In this document: positions 1 through 9,738 of the stretch, in pieces
Position numbering within the stretch: position 1 is the first letter of the stretch
Layout: each line of letters begins with the position of its first letter
DNA from: an uncultured Chloroflexia bacterium
Lineage (GTDB): Bacteria > Chloroflexota > Limnocylindria > Limnocylindrales > CSP1-4
NCBI GenBank assembly: GCA_963715085.1
Contig: CAVQQU010000005.1
Location: forward strand, 30,538 to 94,537
Direction of reading: 5' to 3'
DNA: 64,000 bases
The notes under the pieces: generated by a model
Told to the model about the DNA's origin: nothing
The model's database searches: none
The model's input: only the letters and a program-made list of their open reading frames with translations
Position numbers and translations under genes: made by a program

Positions 1-211
1 CCGATACCGAGGATGCGGGTGTGTGCCTTCGATCCCATGCGCACAGGAGACGCCAACGTCCACCCGACGTCAAGGGTCGCCCGTCATCACCCACGCACCG
101 CGAGCCTGGCGCTTGCCCGTCCGACAGACGAAGCGGCGCGGCCCCTGCCGCCCCGCGTTCGTGGTCGCCCGGCGCGAGTGATCGGCCGACCGCAGCGGGT
201 ATCATCCGGGC

Positions 212-1471
212 GTGACCGAGCGCATTGCCGATCCGCAGGCCGTCTGCCCGTTCGTCGCCCTCGACGAGGACCGTGACCATCGGGCGCCCGGCCCCGACCA
301 TCGCCACCGATGCTTTGCGGAGAGTCCCGCCGCGCCGCGGGCCCTCGCCCACCAGGCTGCGTACTGCCTCTCCGGAGCGTTCGCAGGCTGTCCGACCTTC
401 GTGGATTGGGCGCGGCGCGAGGCGGCACCCGTCAAGGTCGACGAAGCGGCGCGCTCCGTGCGCGAGGCGGGTGCGACCCGGGCGGCGGTTCCAGCGCCGC
501 CGGTCGGTCCGACATCCCGGTCGGACGGGTCCGCCAAAGACTGGACCGCACCTCCGCCGTGGGGCTCCGCAGCCGGGGCTGCCGCGATCGGCGCTGTCGC
601 CGCCGGATCGGCAGGGCCTCCCGGGCCCGAGGGCCCCGCGGCGCATGGCGGTGTCGACGAGGCAGCGTTCGACGGACGCGAGGCCGCTGGTGCCGTGACA
701 CCACCGGGCACGGACGACGCGCCCGCGCCGTCCGCGGCAGGCCCGGACGATGCGCCGGCGTTCCTTGCAGGGCGCTCGACGCGCCCGATCCCATCCCCAG
801 CCGCAGCTCCGATCGCTGCGGCGGCGCCCGCCCCAGCTCCGATCGCGGCGTGGGACGACGGCGCGCCCTGGAACGCACCGGCCGACGATCTCGACGCCCG
901 CGACGGCCCGCCCACGCGCGTGCCCGTGGCAGCCCCTCGTCGCACGCCCGTCGGGTACGCGCCCGTCGCCCCCGGGAGAAGCGATCGCCACGCGGGCAGC
1001 TCGCGGCATGGCCGCGGGGAAGTCTCCGCCCCCAGCTGGGAGGAGCCGCGCCACGTCGAGGAGTATCCGCCCCTCAAGTCCCGGCGCGGCGCGGGCATCC
1101 CGCGCCTCGCCCTCTACGCGCTGGCCGTTCTTCTCGTCGGCGCCGCGCTCTTCATCGCGCCGTCGCTCCTGAAGGGCATCGGCGAGGGTGGAGCCGAGGC
1201 CAGCCCGACACCGGCCGCTTCGGCATCGATCGTGCCGTCGGCGGAGCCCAGCCCCACCCCGATCCCCACGCCCGCGCAGGTCGTCTACACCGTGAAGTCG
1301 GGCGACTCGCTGTCGGGGATCGCGGCCGCCTATGGCGTGACGGTCGAGGACATCCTGGCCGCCAACCCGTCGATCACGGACCCGAACAAGATCGCGCCCG
1401 GCGACAAGATCGTGATCCCGCAGCCGCTCCCGTCCGAGATCGTGGACGGGGAGATCACGCCGGCTCCGTAG
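212..1471 (+). CDS. LysM domain-containing membrane protein
   Basis: The C-terminus has a classical LysM motif (YTVKSGDSLSGIAAAYGVTVEDILAANPSITDPNKIAPGDKIVIP). One TM segment is present (IPRLALYALAVLLVGAALFIAPSLL). The N-terminus is Cys/His-rich (CPFVALDEDRDHR...HRHRCF...YCL...CPTF), followed by a long Ala/Pro-rich linker. Confidence 0.8.
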   Translation: MTERIADPQAVCPFVALDEDRDHRAPGPDHRHRCFAESPAAPRALAHQAAYCLSGAFAGCPTFVDWARREAAPVKVDEAARSVREAGATRAAVPAPPVGPTSRSDGSAKDWTAPPPWGSAAGAAAIGAVAAGSAGPPGPEGPAAHGGVDEAAFDGREAAGAVTPPGTDDAPAPSAAGPDDAPAFLAGRSTRPIPSPAAAPIAAAAPAPAPIAAWDDGAPWNAPADDLDARDGPPTRVPVAAPRRTPVGYAPVAPGRSDRHAGSSRHGRGEVSAPSWEEPRHVEEYPPLKSRRGAGIPRLALYALAVLLVGAALFIAPSLLKGIGEGGAEASPTPAASASIVPSAEPSPTPIPTPAQVVYTVKSGDSLSGIAAAYGVTVEDILAANPSITDPNKIAPGDKIVIPQPLPSEIVDGEITPAP

Positions 1472-1539
1472 GGGGCGCCGGCTCCGCGCGCGCCGGTGAG
1501 CGGCACGCAGGCCGCTGCGCCGCCCGGGCGGCCGCAGCC

Positions 1540-1872
1540 CTAGCGGCGCGGCGTCAGGTTGATCGAGGTGATCTTGCCCGCCTCGACGCGGAACGCCGCG
1601 TCGAGATGCTGGGAGGGCGCACCCGGCCGCAGGACCAGCACGTCCGCCTGCCACGTGTTGCCCATGTCCTTGATCTCGCCGGGGACCATCTTGAGCCCCG
1701 CATCGGCGCGGAGGAACCAGCCGCTCACCTGGTCGAAGCCGCGCAGCGTCCGGGCGCTGTCGCCGACGTGAACGCGCATCTCGACGCGCTCGTCCATCAG
1801 CCCGACGGCGCGGTCGCGCGCACCTGCGTTCAGCTCCTCGAAGAAGACTTCCATCGTGTCGACGGCACCCAT
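1540..1872 (-). CDS. NTF2/SnoaL-like small protein (hypothetical)
   Basis: Clean 110-aa ORF with non-repetitive composition. Size and pattern resemble the SnoaL/NTF2 fold; the assignment is from memory only. Confidence 0.5.
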   Translation of the reverse strand: MGAVDTMEVFFEELNAGARDRAVGLMDERVEMRVHVGDSARTLRGFDQVSGWFLRADAGLKMVPGEIKDMGNTWQADVLVLRPGAPSQHLDAAFRVEAGKITSINLTPRR

Positions 1873-1944
1873 GGCCCGAGTCTAGCCGAAGCGGGCGCGG
1901 AGCACGGTTGAACAGGTCTCGAAGGCGGCCGCCGCCGAGGCCGC

Positions 1945-3660
1945 TCAGAACCCGCCGCCGGCGCCCCCGCCGCCACCGCCCGATGAGCCGCCCGAGAAGC
2001 CGCCGCCGCTGCCCGACGAGGACGGCGTGTTACCGATCGTGCCGAGTGCCGCGAACATGCCGCCCAGGTTCGGGATGGGCGAGCTCGACATGACGCCCGG
2101 CGCTGCTCCGCCCCAGCCTCCGCCGCCTCCGCCCGACGACCCGTACCAGGCCGGGACGTAGACAGCGTTTGCCCGACCCGCCCGCAGGTCCTCCATGCTC
2201 CGCTTCAGGACCTCCGCGGCCTCGTCCTGGAGGCCGAGCGCAACCGCCCAGACCACGGCACGGTCGGGCGTCTCGAGCCAGGCGAGGCGCGGTTCGGCCA
2301 CGACCTGGTCCATGGAACGGGCCCCGAAGAGCGCCGCCTGGAGCGTGCGTCGGTAGGCGACCAGCATCACCCGCAACGTGGCGCCGGTCAGGGTTCGCGC
2401 AGGCATCACGCCCGCCAGCACGAACGTGAAGACCCCGGCGGCGACGAGGCCGATGGCGAGCAGCGTGAACCCGCCCGACGGCAGCGCCACGCCAAGCCAG
2501 AACGCGGGAAAGGCCGCGACCAGCTCCACGACGCCGATGATCCGCCAGCGGCTCGTGACCTTGCCCGGTGGCTCCGTGAACCAGCCGCGCTGGACCAGCT
2601 CGGCCTCCAGGCGCTCGTCGAACGCGGATACGGAGGCGCCGAACTCGAGGAGCGCCGCCTTGTCCAGCGTCCGCACGGGGTCGGGACCCGACGCCCCCTT
2701 CGCCGCGAGCTCGCGGAGCGCGTATGCCTCCGCCGGCGAGAGTGGATTGCGCCGATTGAGGACGACCCGCGGGTCGTCGAGGTCGGGCTGGCGGATCTCG
2801 ACGGTCACTTCGTCCGCGCCGATGAGCTGATCCTCGGCCCGGAAGGCCAGCTCGTCGCGGGACGCGAGGTCGAGGAGGGCCGTCGTCAGAGTCCGCCGTG
2901 ACGAATTCCCGTCGTGGAGGAGCGCCCCGCCTGCGGCCGTCAGCTCCGGCGGCGGCGCCGGCAGGTAGATCGAGCGGCTGTCGACGACGTACGGGTCGCG
3001 ACCGTAGCGGCGCCAGTGGAAGAACGCGTAGCCCGACAGCAGCAGGAAGCCGCCGAGCCCGCCGATGATCCCGACCACCGCGTCGACCTGCCGGCCGAGC
3101 TGGAGCTGGCCGGCCCGCTCTGCCGTGGCGGCGGCGTCGATCCGGGCGAGCGCGACGAGCAGGGCCTCGTCGAACTGCTGCCCGCGAAGGAGCGGCAGCA
3201 TCTCCTGCTCGAAGATGGCCTGGCGCTCGTCGTTCGTGAGGTAGAGGGCACGGAACCCCGGCGCTGCGTAGAGCTGCACTTGGCCCCGCACCCGTCCGTC
3301 CGCCTCGGTGTAGACGTTCATGAGGATCGCCAGCCCGTCGTCGAACCCCTGGCGCCCGACGCCCCACTGGTCGATCAGCGCGATCGCGTCGGCCTCGGTC
3401 GATTCGGTCGTGGCACTGGGTTTGACCTGGGTGTAGACCACGACTTCGGCGCCGGTGCGCTCCTCGACCCGGTCGATGATCGCCTCTGCTTGGGCGATCG
3501 TCTGCGCGTCGAAGAGGCCGGCCGTGTCGTAGACCGCCCGGCCGGCGACCGGCCCGGGATACGGGGGACCGGCCGGCGTCTCGGCCCGAGCGGGGGAAGC
3601 CGGCGCGAGCCACGTCGCCCCGGCGAGCAGGAGCGCGAGGACCGAGAGGAGCCGCCTCAT
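1945..3660 (-). CDS. TPM-domain / DUF2207-type membrane protein with Gly-rich C-terminal tail
   Basis: Signal peptide MRRLLSVLALLLAGATWLAPASPARA. TPM-like segment (YDTAGLFDAQTIAQAEAIIDRVEERTGAEVVVYTQV). Several TM helices and a terminal GGGGGWGG...SGGGFSGGSSGGGGGGAGGGF tail. Its ATG overlaps the lysA stop as ATGA at 3657-3660. Confidence 0.8.
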   Translation of the reverse strand: MRRLLSVLALLLAGATWLAPASPARAETPAGPPYPGPVAGRAVYDTAGLFDAQTIAQAEAIIDRVEERTGAEVVVYTQVKPSATTESTEADAIALIDQWGVGRQGFDDGLAILMNVYTEADGRVRGQVQLYAAPGFRALYLTNDERQAIFEQEMLPLLRGQQFDEALLVALARIDAAATAERAGQLQLGRQVDAVVGIIGGLGGFLLLSGYAFFHWRRYGRDPYVVDSRSIYLPAPPPELTAAGGALLHDGNSSRRTLTTALLDLASRDELAFRAEDQLIGADEVTVEIRQPDLDDPRVVLNRRNPLSPAEAYALRELAAKGASGPDPVRTLDKAALLEFGASVSAFDERLEAELVQRGWFTEPPGKVTSRWRIIGVVELVAAFPAFWLGVALPSGGFTLLAIGLVAAGVFTFVLAGVMPARTLTGATLRVMLVAYRRTLQAALFGARSMDQVVAEPRLAWLETPDRAVVWAVALGLQDEAAEVLKRSMEDLRAGRANAVYVPAWYGSSGGGGGGWGGAAPGVMSSSPIPNLGGMFAALGTIGNTPSSSGSGGGFSGGSSGGGGGGAGGGF

Positions 3661-5163
3661 GCCAACGACCCGAGGGTGCCACGCCGCCGCGCAAGCGTGA
3701 GCGAGCCGTTCGCCTCCACGATCACCTCGGCGGGCCGCGGTCGCCCGTTGTACGTCGATCGCATCGACGCGGCGTAGGCGCCCGAATCGGCGATCGCCAC
3801 GAGGTCGCCGCGGCGGAGCGGAGGCAGCCGGTGCTCGCCGAGCGTGTCGGTGGACTCACAGATCGGCCCGTCGACGCGCGCAGGGCGGGCGACGACGCGT
3901 GGGTGCGGCGCCCGACCCAGCGAGGTGAGAGCAACGACGGCGTGGTCGACGCCGTACAGCGCGGGCCGGATCAGCTCGGTCATCCCCGCGTCGATCACGA
4001 CGAGGCGACGCGTCCGGTCGTCGGTCGCGGATCCCGGCGGGAGGATGGCGAGGGCGTGGGCCCCCGACCACTCCGTCTGCGCGGGTGCCGGGGGAAGCGT
4101 CCGCTCGCGCACGTGGAGGACCCGGGCGACGAGCCAGCCCGCCGACGCGACCATCACCCGCCCGGGCTCGACGGCCAGGCGGCGCGGCCGGCGATCGGAC
4201 GGGATCGCTTCGAGGAGGAGCGGGATCTCCGCGGCGAAGCGCGCGGGGTCGAGCTCCGTGGCCCCCGGGCCGGCGGGGGTGCCGCCCGTGGCGCCAACGC
4301 CGGCCGCCGTGCCCCCCGTTGCCCCACCCCCTCCGGCCCGCCACGCCCCGACCGGCATTCCGCCGCCCACGTCGAGCGTGTCGAAGTCCGGCAGGCCGCC
4401 CTGGAGCAGGGCGAGGAGCGCCAGGCCGCGTCGCACGGCATCCCGCCAGGCATCGATCGCCCCGAGCTGGGATCCCACGTGGAGATGGATCCCGCGCCAG
4501 CGGACCGGGCCGTCGGCCCCGCCGCCAGCCTCGATGACGGCGCCGATCTCGTCGGGGTGCACGCCGAACTTGGACCCCGCCGATCCGGTCGCCAGGCCGG
4601 CCCGCGTCTCGGGCTCGACCGACGGGTTGAGCCGCACGAGCGCATCGACGCGGAGATCGGCCAGGCCCGATCGCCCGGACGATCCGGGCCAGCGCGGCCG
4701 CCTCGTCGGCCGACTCCACCGCCACCCAGCGAAGGGGCTCCCCGGCGGCGGCGGCGCGCACGATCGCCCGCAGATCGGCGTCGGTCTTGCCGATCCCCTC
4801 GAACGTGATCGCCGCGTTCGAGACGCCCGCTCGGCGCGCGAGCGCCCACTCGCCGCGCGACACGACGTTGGCGCCGAATCCCCGGGCGGCCAGGCGCGCA
4901 ACGATCGCCGGCAGGTCGTTGGCCTTCAGCGAGTAGGCGCGCAGCCACGGGTCGGGGAAGGCGGCGCGGACGGCGTCGGCGGCCGCGTCGAGGGTGGCGC
5001 CGTCGGTGACGTACAGGGGGGTTCCGAACCGTCGGGCCGCCGCGCGCAGGGCCGGGGCGAGCGCCGGGAGCCGGTCGGGCGCGTTGCGGGCGCGCCCATC
5101 GTCGCGGTCGCTGCCGGGCGCCTCGCCGCGGCGGCGCACGGGAGGGTCGACCCCGCGGTCCAC
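3657..5163 (-). pseudogene. lysA: Diaminopimelate decarboxylase, split by one apparent frameshift near 4660-4690
   Basis: The N-terminal half (RRFGTPLYVTDGATLDAAADAVRAAF...AYSLKANDLPAIVARLAARGFGANVVSRGE) lies in the frame of ORF 3856..5643. The C-terminal half (RVDALVRLNPSVEPE...GSKFG...HLHVGSQ...DVGGGMPV...EPGR...VIDAGMTELIRPALYG...GPICESTD...SGAYAASMRSTYNGRP) lies in ORF 3657..4901. A GTG at 5163 follows the upstream stop directly. The break could be a sequencing indel. Confidence 0.85.
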
Positions 5164-5165
5164 GG

Positions 5166-5576
5166 TCAGTCGGGAACGACGAGCCGGACGATTGCCGACA
5201 CCAGGCCGACGACGAGCGCCCCCAGCGCCGCCGCCACGATCGTCGCCTGGGTGAGGATCTCCGGCGGGAAGTCGCCGACCTGGATCGACCCGCCGAGCTC
5301 GTTGGAGACGTAGGCCGCCACGATGAACAGGGCGACGTTCACGACGAACCCGGCCAGCCCCATCGTGACGAGGTTGAACGGCAGGGCCAGCATCTTGACG
5401 ACGGATCCGATGAGCCCGTTGGCCACGCCGAAGACGACGGCGACGGTCCCGAAGGCGACGAGGTCGTCGGGGATGGTCGCGAACGCCGCGGACGGGATCT
5501 CGATCCCCGGCACGAACCGCGCCGCCACCCAGAGGGCCACGCCCGTGGCGACGAATGTCGCGATGAAGCCCTTCAT
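5166..5576 (-). CDS. Small 4-TM membrane protein (phage holin family 4 / DUF360-like)
   Basis: 136 aa, four hydrophobic segments, typical of Phage_holin_4_2-like proteins. Confidence 0.55.
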   Translation of the reverse strand: MKGFIATFVATGVALWVAARFVPGIEIPSAAFATIPDDLVAFGTVAVVFGVANGLIGSVVKMLALPFNLVTMGLAGFVVNVALFIVAAYVSNELGGSIQVGDFPPEILTQATIVAAALGALVVGLVSAIVRLVVPD

Positions 5577-5715
5577 GGAGCGCCCTCCCCGTGGATGATC
5601 CGCCCGACGACGACGAGCCCGGAGTCGCGGCCAGCTCGATCATCCCACGCCCCGGCTCGCTGCGGGAGGGTCAAGATCCGGCTGCCGCGCCTCTCCTGGT
5701 CGCCTGCGTTCGCCT

Positions 5716-6783
5716 TCAGCGCAGCAGGAAGCCCGTTCCGAGCGGGTCTGCCGGGTCCAGGACGAAGTGCGAGCGGCCGGCGAGGTGAGCGGTTCCCTCG
5801 ACCTCCGTGATCACCGCAGGGCGGCCGGCGACCGCTGTCTCCCCGCTGACGCGGCCGGCGAACACCGAGTCGACGATGCTCCGGTGGCGCAGCGTCTCCC
5901 CGATCCTGATGCGGCCGGCGCGGTGAAGGAGGGCCAGCCGGGCCGAGGTGCCGGACCCGCACGGCGAGCGGTCGACCTCGCCGTCGGCGAAGACCGTGAC
6001 ATTGCGCTGGGTCAGGACGGCGTCGTCGCCGGGGGCGGTCGGCTCGTCCTGCCACCAGATGATCCCGTAGATGTCGCGCAGCTCGGGCTCGGTCGGGTGG
6101 ACGACGTCGAGCAGCGCGTCGAGCGCCGGGCGGAGCTCGCGCTGGAGGGCGATGAGGACCGGCAGGCTGGCCTTGTCGACGGCGAGGCCCAGGGGCCGCA
6201 CGTCGGCCGCGCCGTAGAAGGCGCCGCCGATAGGCCACGTCCACGGTGACGGGCCCGCGCGAGGTCGGCAGCGTGGCGCCGGTGGCCAGCACGAAGGACG
6301 GCACGTTCGTGAAGCGGACGCTCGATACCCGACGGGCCTCGACGTCGCAGCGCGCGACGCAGGCGAGGCGCCCGGACGGGACGTCGACCGTGACGGGCGT
6401 CTCCGTCCCGGTCATCGGCAGGACGCCGCTCTCGAGCGCCCAGGTCACCAGCGCGATCGTCCCGTGCCCGCAGGCCGTCGAGTAGCCCTCGTTGTGGAAG
6501 AAGACCACGCCGAGGTCGGCCCCGGCGTCGTTGGGTGGAACGACGTGGCAGCCGTACATGTCGGCGTGACCGCGCGGTTCGTGGACCAGGAACCGGCGGA
6601 CGTGATCGAGGTGCTCGCAGGGCAAAGCGCCGGCGCTCGAGGATCGTGGCGCCATGCGAGGGGCGGAACACCGTCGACGATGATCCGGAACGGCTCGCCG
6701 CCGGTGTGGTAGTCGACGGTGTCGACTGCGAGCGGGGCATCGGCCATCGCGGGACCGCCTCCAGCGTGATGTGCGCTGCCCAT
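5716..6783 (-). pseudogene. Proline racemase / 4-hydroxyproline epimerase family protein, three apparent frameshifts (about 6655, 6615, 6230)
   Basis: The pieces lie in successive frames: MADAPLAVDTVDYHTGGEPFRIIVDGVPPL; then HGATILERRRFAL; then HLDHVRRFLVHEPRGHADMYGC...FFHNEGYSTACGHGTIAL...; then GGAFYGAADV...DRSPCGSGTSARLALLH...GTGFLLR. Both catalytic-Cys motifs are present (ACGHG and SPCGSGTS). Confidence 0.85.
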
Positions 6784-6792
6784 CGGCCGGGT

Positions 6793-7900
6793 CTACGCTT
6801 CGTCGGGACGCGCGGCGCGAACCCGCTCGATGGCCAGGCGCAGGAGCTCCATGCCGGCCGGGTCCAGGTCGTACGTCCATTCGCGGATCCGCTCCGGCGC
6901 GTGGAAGCGTGGGGCCAGGCCGATCTCGAGCGCCTCGCGGGTCAGGAGCAGCAGGTCGGCGTGCCGGTCGACGCGATCAAGCGCGGCCTCGTCGCCCGCC
7001 ACGGCCTCGATCAGGCGCGTGCGACCTCCCGTGCGGGCGAGCCAGTCCTCCATGTTGGCGGTGCTTCGGGCGGAGGAGCAGACCATGCCCACCGTGCTGC
7101 CGGGCGGGAGCGCCCCGATCTCGTCGAGCAGCTCCGCGTAGGACGGCGCCGCCATGAGGGCGATGACCGGCGCACGTCCGGCGACGATGGCCACGGTCTC
7201 GTCGGCGTGGAACGTCGAGGTTGCGACGAGGTCGTAGTGGTGCCGTTCGAGGCGATCGACGACGTTGTCGATCAGGGCTCCGTCGGCCTCCGCGATCCCA
7301 CTCGAAGGTCGTGCCGATCGTCTCTGCCGCGCGACGGGCGTCGGCGGCCGTGCACTCGACGAAGAGGACGTTCACTCTCGGCCCCGGACGGCGGCGCTCC
7401 GTGGCCACCGCGTAGACCGCGGCTGCCACCTCGTCCGCGGAGTAGCCGGCCCGGGCGGCGGTCCGCAGGAGCTCGGCGACCAGGCCGTCGAGCGCCCCGG
7501 TCGTCCGGCGCACTGGCGGGCGAGCCGCGACCCGGGTCCCCGCGCCCTGGCGGCTGACCACGTAGCCCGCGTCGGCCAGGCGCCGATACACGGCCCGGAC
7601 CGTGTTCGGGTTGACCCGGAGCATCGCGCCGAGCTCGCGCACCGTCGGCAGGCGGGCACCAGGGTGCAGCCGGCCCGTGTCCACCTGGTAGGCGAGCTGC
7701 CAGTAGAGCTGGGTGGAGATCGGGACGTCCGAGTCGCGGGCGACGTCGAGGCCGCGTGCGTCACGCCCAGATGCCCCGGCGGGACGCATGTCCGCACGCC
7801 GCGCCCCGGCTGGCGCTGCCTCCGCCGTCCGGGCGACGGGCGTCGCGGCCCCCGTCGACCCGTGCGACGTGGCCCGCGGTTGTCGGGACTTCTCGCCCAT
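6793..7900 (-). pseudogene. GntR-family transcriptional regulator with C-terminal ligand-binding-like domain, one apparent frameshift near 7297
   Basis: The winged-HTH segment PISTQLYWQLAYQVDTGRLHPGARLPTVRELGAMLRVNPNTVRAVYRRLADAGYVVSRQGAGTRV is in ORF 6977..7921. The C-terminal part continues in ORF 6793..7194. The start is uncertain (ATG at 7900 or 7789). Confidence 0.75.
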
Positions 7901-7950
7901 TGACATAGTTCGATAGTCCAACTACTCTTCGCTTGTACTACTCGACTATA
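7900..7950. promoter_or_regulatory. Divergent control region: sigma70-like promoter plus imperfect inverted repeat (candidate GntR operator)
   Basis: An AT-richer island. TTGACA lies at 7900-7905 and TACTCT 17 nt downstream on the + strand. ATAGTTCGATAGT (7905-7917) faces ACTACTCGACTAT (7937-7949), with 9 of 13 positions symmetric. Confidence 0.4.
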
Positions 7951-7998
7951 CCAATGACACCACGCAGCCGAAGTAGAAGACTCGAGAGGCCCGGATCA

Positions 7999-8130
7999 AT
8001 GGAATTCCTGCTCATCACCCTGTTCGCCCTGATCGGGCTCGCAGTGTTCGACTTCCTGGCCGTCGAGCTCGGCGTCGACTCCCGCTCCGGCTCCGACGAT
8101 CCGCACGCGCCGCTCTTCGGCGCGCACTGA
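7999..8130 (+). CDS. Small hydrophobic peptide (43 aa, hypothetical)
   Basis: MEFLLITLFALIGLAVFDFLAVELGVDSRSGSDDPHAPLFGAH. One TM helix, preceded by the promoter-like site and followed by a strong hairpin. Confidence 0.35.
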   Translation: MEFLLITLFALIGLAVFDFLAVELGVDSRSGSDDPHAPLFGAH

Positions 8131-8215
8131 CATCCGGCCCGCTCGCGGGCCCACCATACGCGCTCGGCGAGGCACCCTCTCCCTCCTCCCTCCCTCCTGC
8201 CGACCCGAGCAACGG

Positions 8216-8243
8216 ACGAACCGCCGGCCGGCCGGCGGTTCGT
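8216..8243. terminator. Bidirectional stem-loop between convergent genes
   Basis: ACGAACCGCCGG/CCGGCGGTTCGT forms a 12-bp stem, followed by CTTGT. It lies between the small ORF stop (8130) and the GH57/DUF3536 stop (8264). A CT-rich tract sits at 8175-8199. Confidence 0.6.
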
Positions 8244-8263
8244 CTTGTAGCTGGCCATGGAGA

Positions 8264-9738
8264 TCAGGCCGGTGACTGGCCCACCTCTTCGAGCGCTTCC
8301 CGGTAGATCGCCGCGCCATCGATCCCCCGCGTCGGAGATGCGACCAGGGTGAGGTCCTCGATCAGTCGTCGCTCCAGGTGCGCACCGGTCAGCTGATCCA
8401 CGACCTGCGCCGCGCGCGCAGCACAGCGCAGGACCTGCTTCGTCTCCGGCCGGGTTGGCTCCTCCCAGTACCAGCCGTCGCTGGCGAACATCGCCAGCCG
8501 CCAGCGCTGAGCCTCCATGAGCGCCTCCAGGTCGCGCCGGGTGGCTGCCGGTGCAGCGGCGCCCAGGAGGCGAGCGGAGAACGCGCCCGGTGTCTCGAGG
8601 CCGAGCACGACGTCGATGTACGTGTCGCGGGCCACCCATGCGTCGATGCCGGCCCGCCGGTCGCCTTGCCCGGGCATGCCCGAACCGCCCGAACCGCCCG
8701 CCCACACGGGGCAGCCCCGCCACCCGCTCCTCGGTCAGCGCGTCGATGGCGCCGGCAAGCCGCTCCAGCGCCGCGCGGAGCGGCTGCTTCCAGCGCCCGT
8801 CCGGCGCGCACGGACACTCGCCCGACCAGCGCAGGACGCCGTGGTGACAGCTCCACGACGTGCGATCGGCGATGCGGGCGTCCGGCAATGCGTCCCGGTC
8901 CTCGGCTGCGAGCGCCTGCCCGAGAGAAACCACGTCGAAGCCACGGTCGACGGCCGGGTCCACGAGCCGCTCGAGGAACAGGTCCCGGAACGGCTGGTGG
9001 TGGCCGTACAGCTCGCCATCGGTCGCGACGACCACGAGGGGTGAGCCCGCCTGCCAGCTCGACGAGCTGTCCCGGTGGAGTGCGCTCGAGGTGCGCGGCA
9101 GGACCCAGTCGCGGGCGAAGCGGTCGGCGTCGGCCGTCTCCGACGGCTGGAAGGAGACGGCCCCGGACAGCGCCGCGTCGTAGAAGGCCACGACGAGCGA
9201 CCGCCCGCCGCCCAGGTCGACGCGGTGGGGGCGACGTGATTCGAGGGCGGCCGTGACTGTCTGCCACGGCGCCAGCACGGTCCAGCGGATCCCCTCGTCG
9301 GCGAGGGTCCGCAGGGCCGCCTCGTCCACGGCCGTCTCGGGCAGCCAGAAGCCGGTGGGCGCATGGCCGAACCGGAAGTCGGTAGTCGCGGATGCCCCAG
9401 CGGATCTCGGTCTGCCGGTCGCGCTGGGAGGCGAGGGGCAGGATGGTGTGGTGAAAGGCCTGGGCCAGGGTGTTCTCGGGGTGCGCGGCGACCGTGATCC
9501 GCGCGAGGACGTCCGGAGCGTCGGCTGCCAGGACGCTCGTGAGGGTCGGGCCGATGTTGAAGGAGATCCGGTCGAGGTTGCCGCGCTCGGCGTTCGGCCG
9601 GTAGCACTCCGCCGTGATCCGGTCGCTCCAGCTCGCGTAGGGCGCCGCGCTCGGGTCCGGGCGTGTCCGCCCGCCGAACGGGTCGCGCCGCTCGGGCTGG
9701 TAGAAGTGGGCGTGGATCGCAAGGCGGCCGCGGGTCAT
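8264..9738 (-). pseudogene. GH57-family / DUF3536 protein, two apparent frameshifts (about 9382 and 8700-8715)
   Basis: MTRGRLAIHAHFYQPERRDPF...ISFNIGPTLTSVL...FHHTILPLAS is in frame A. FRFGHAPTGFWLPETAVDE...VATDGELYGHH...SWSCHHGVLRWSGECPC is in frame B. ...DAWVARDTYIDVV...ASDGWYWEEP is in frame C. The ATG overlaps the upstream gene's stop (ATGA at 9735-9738). Confidence 0.8.
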
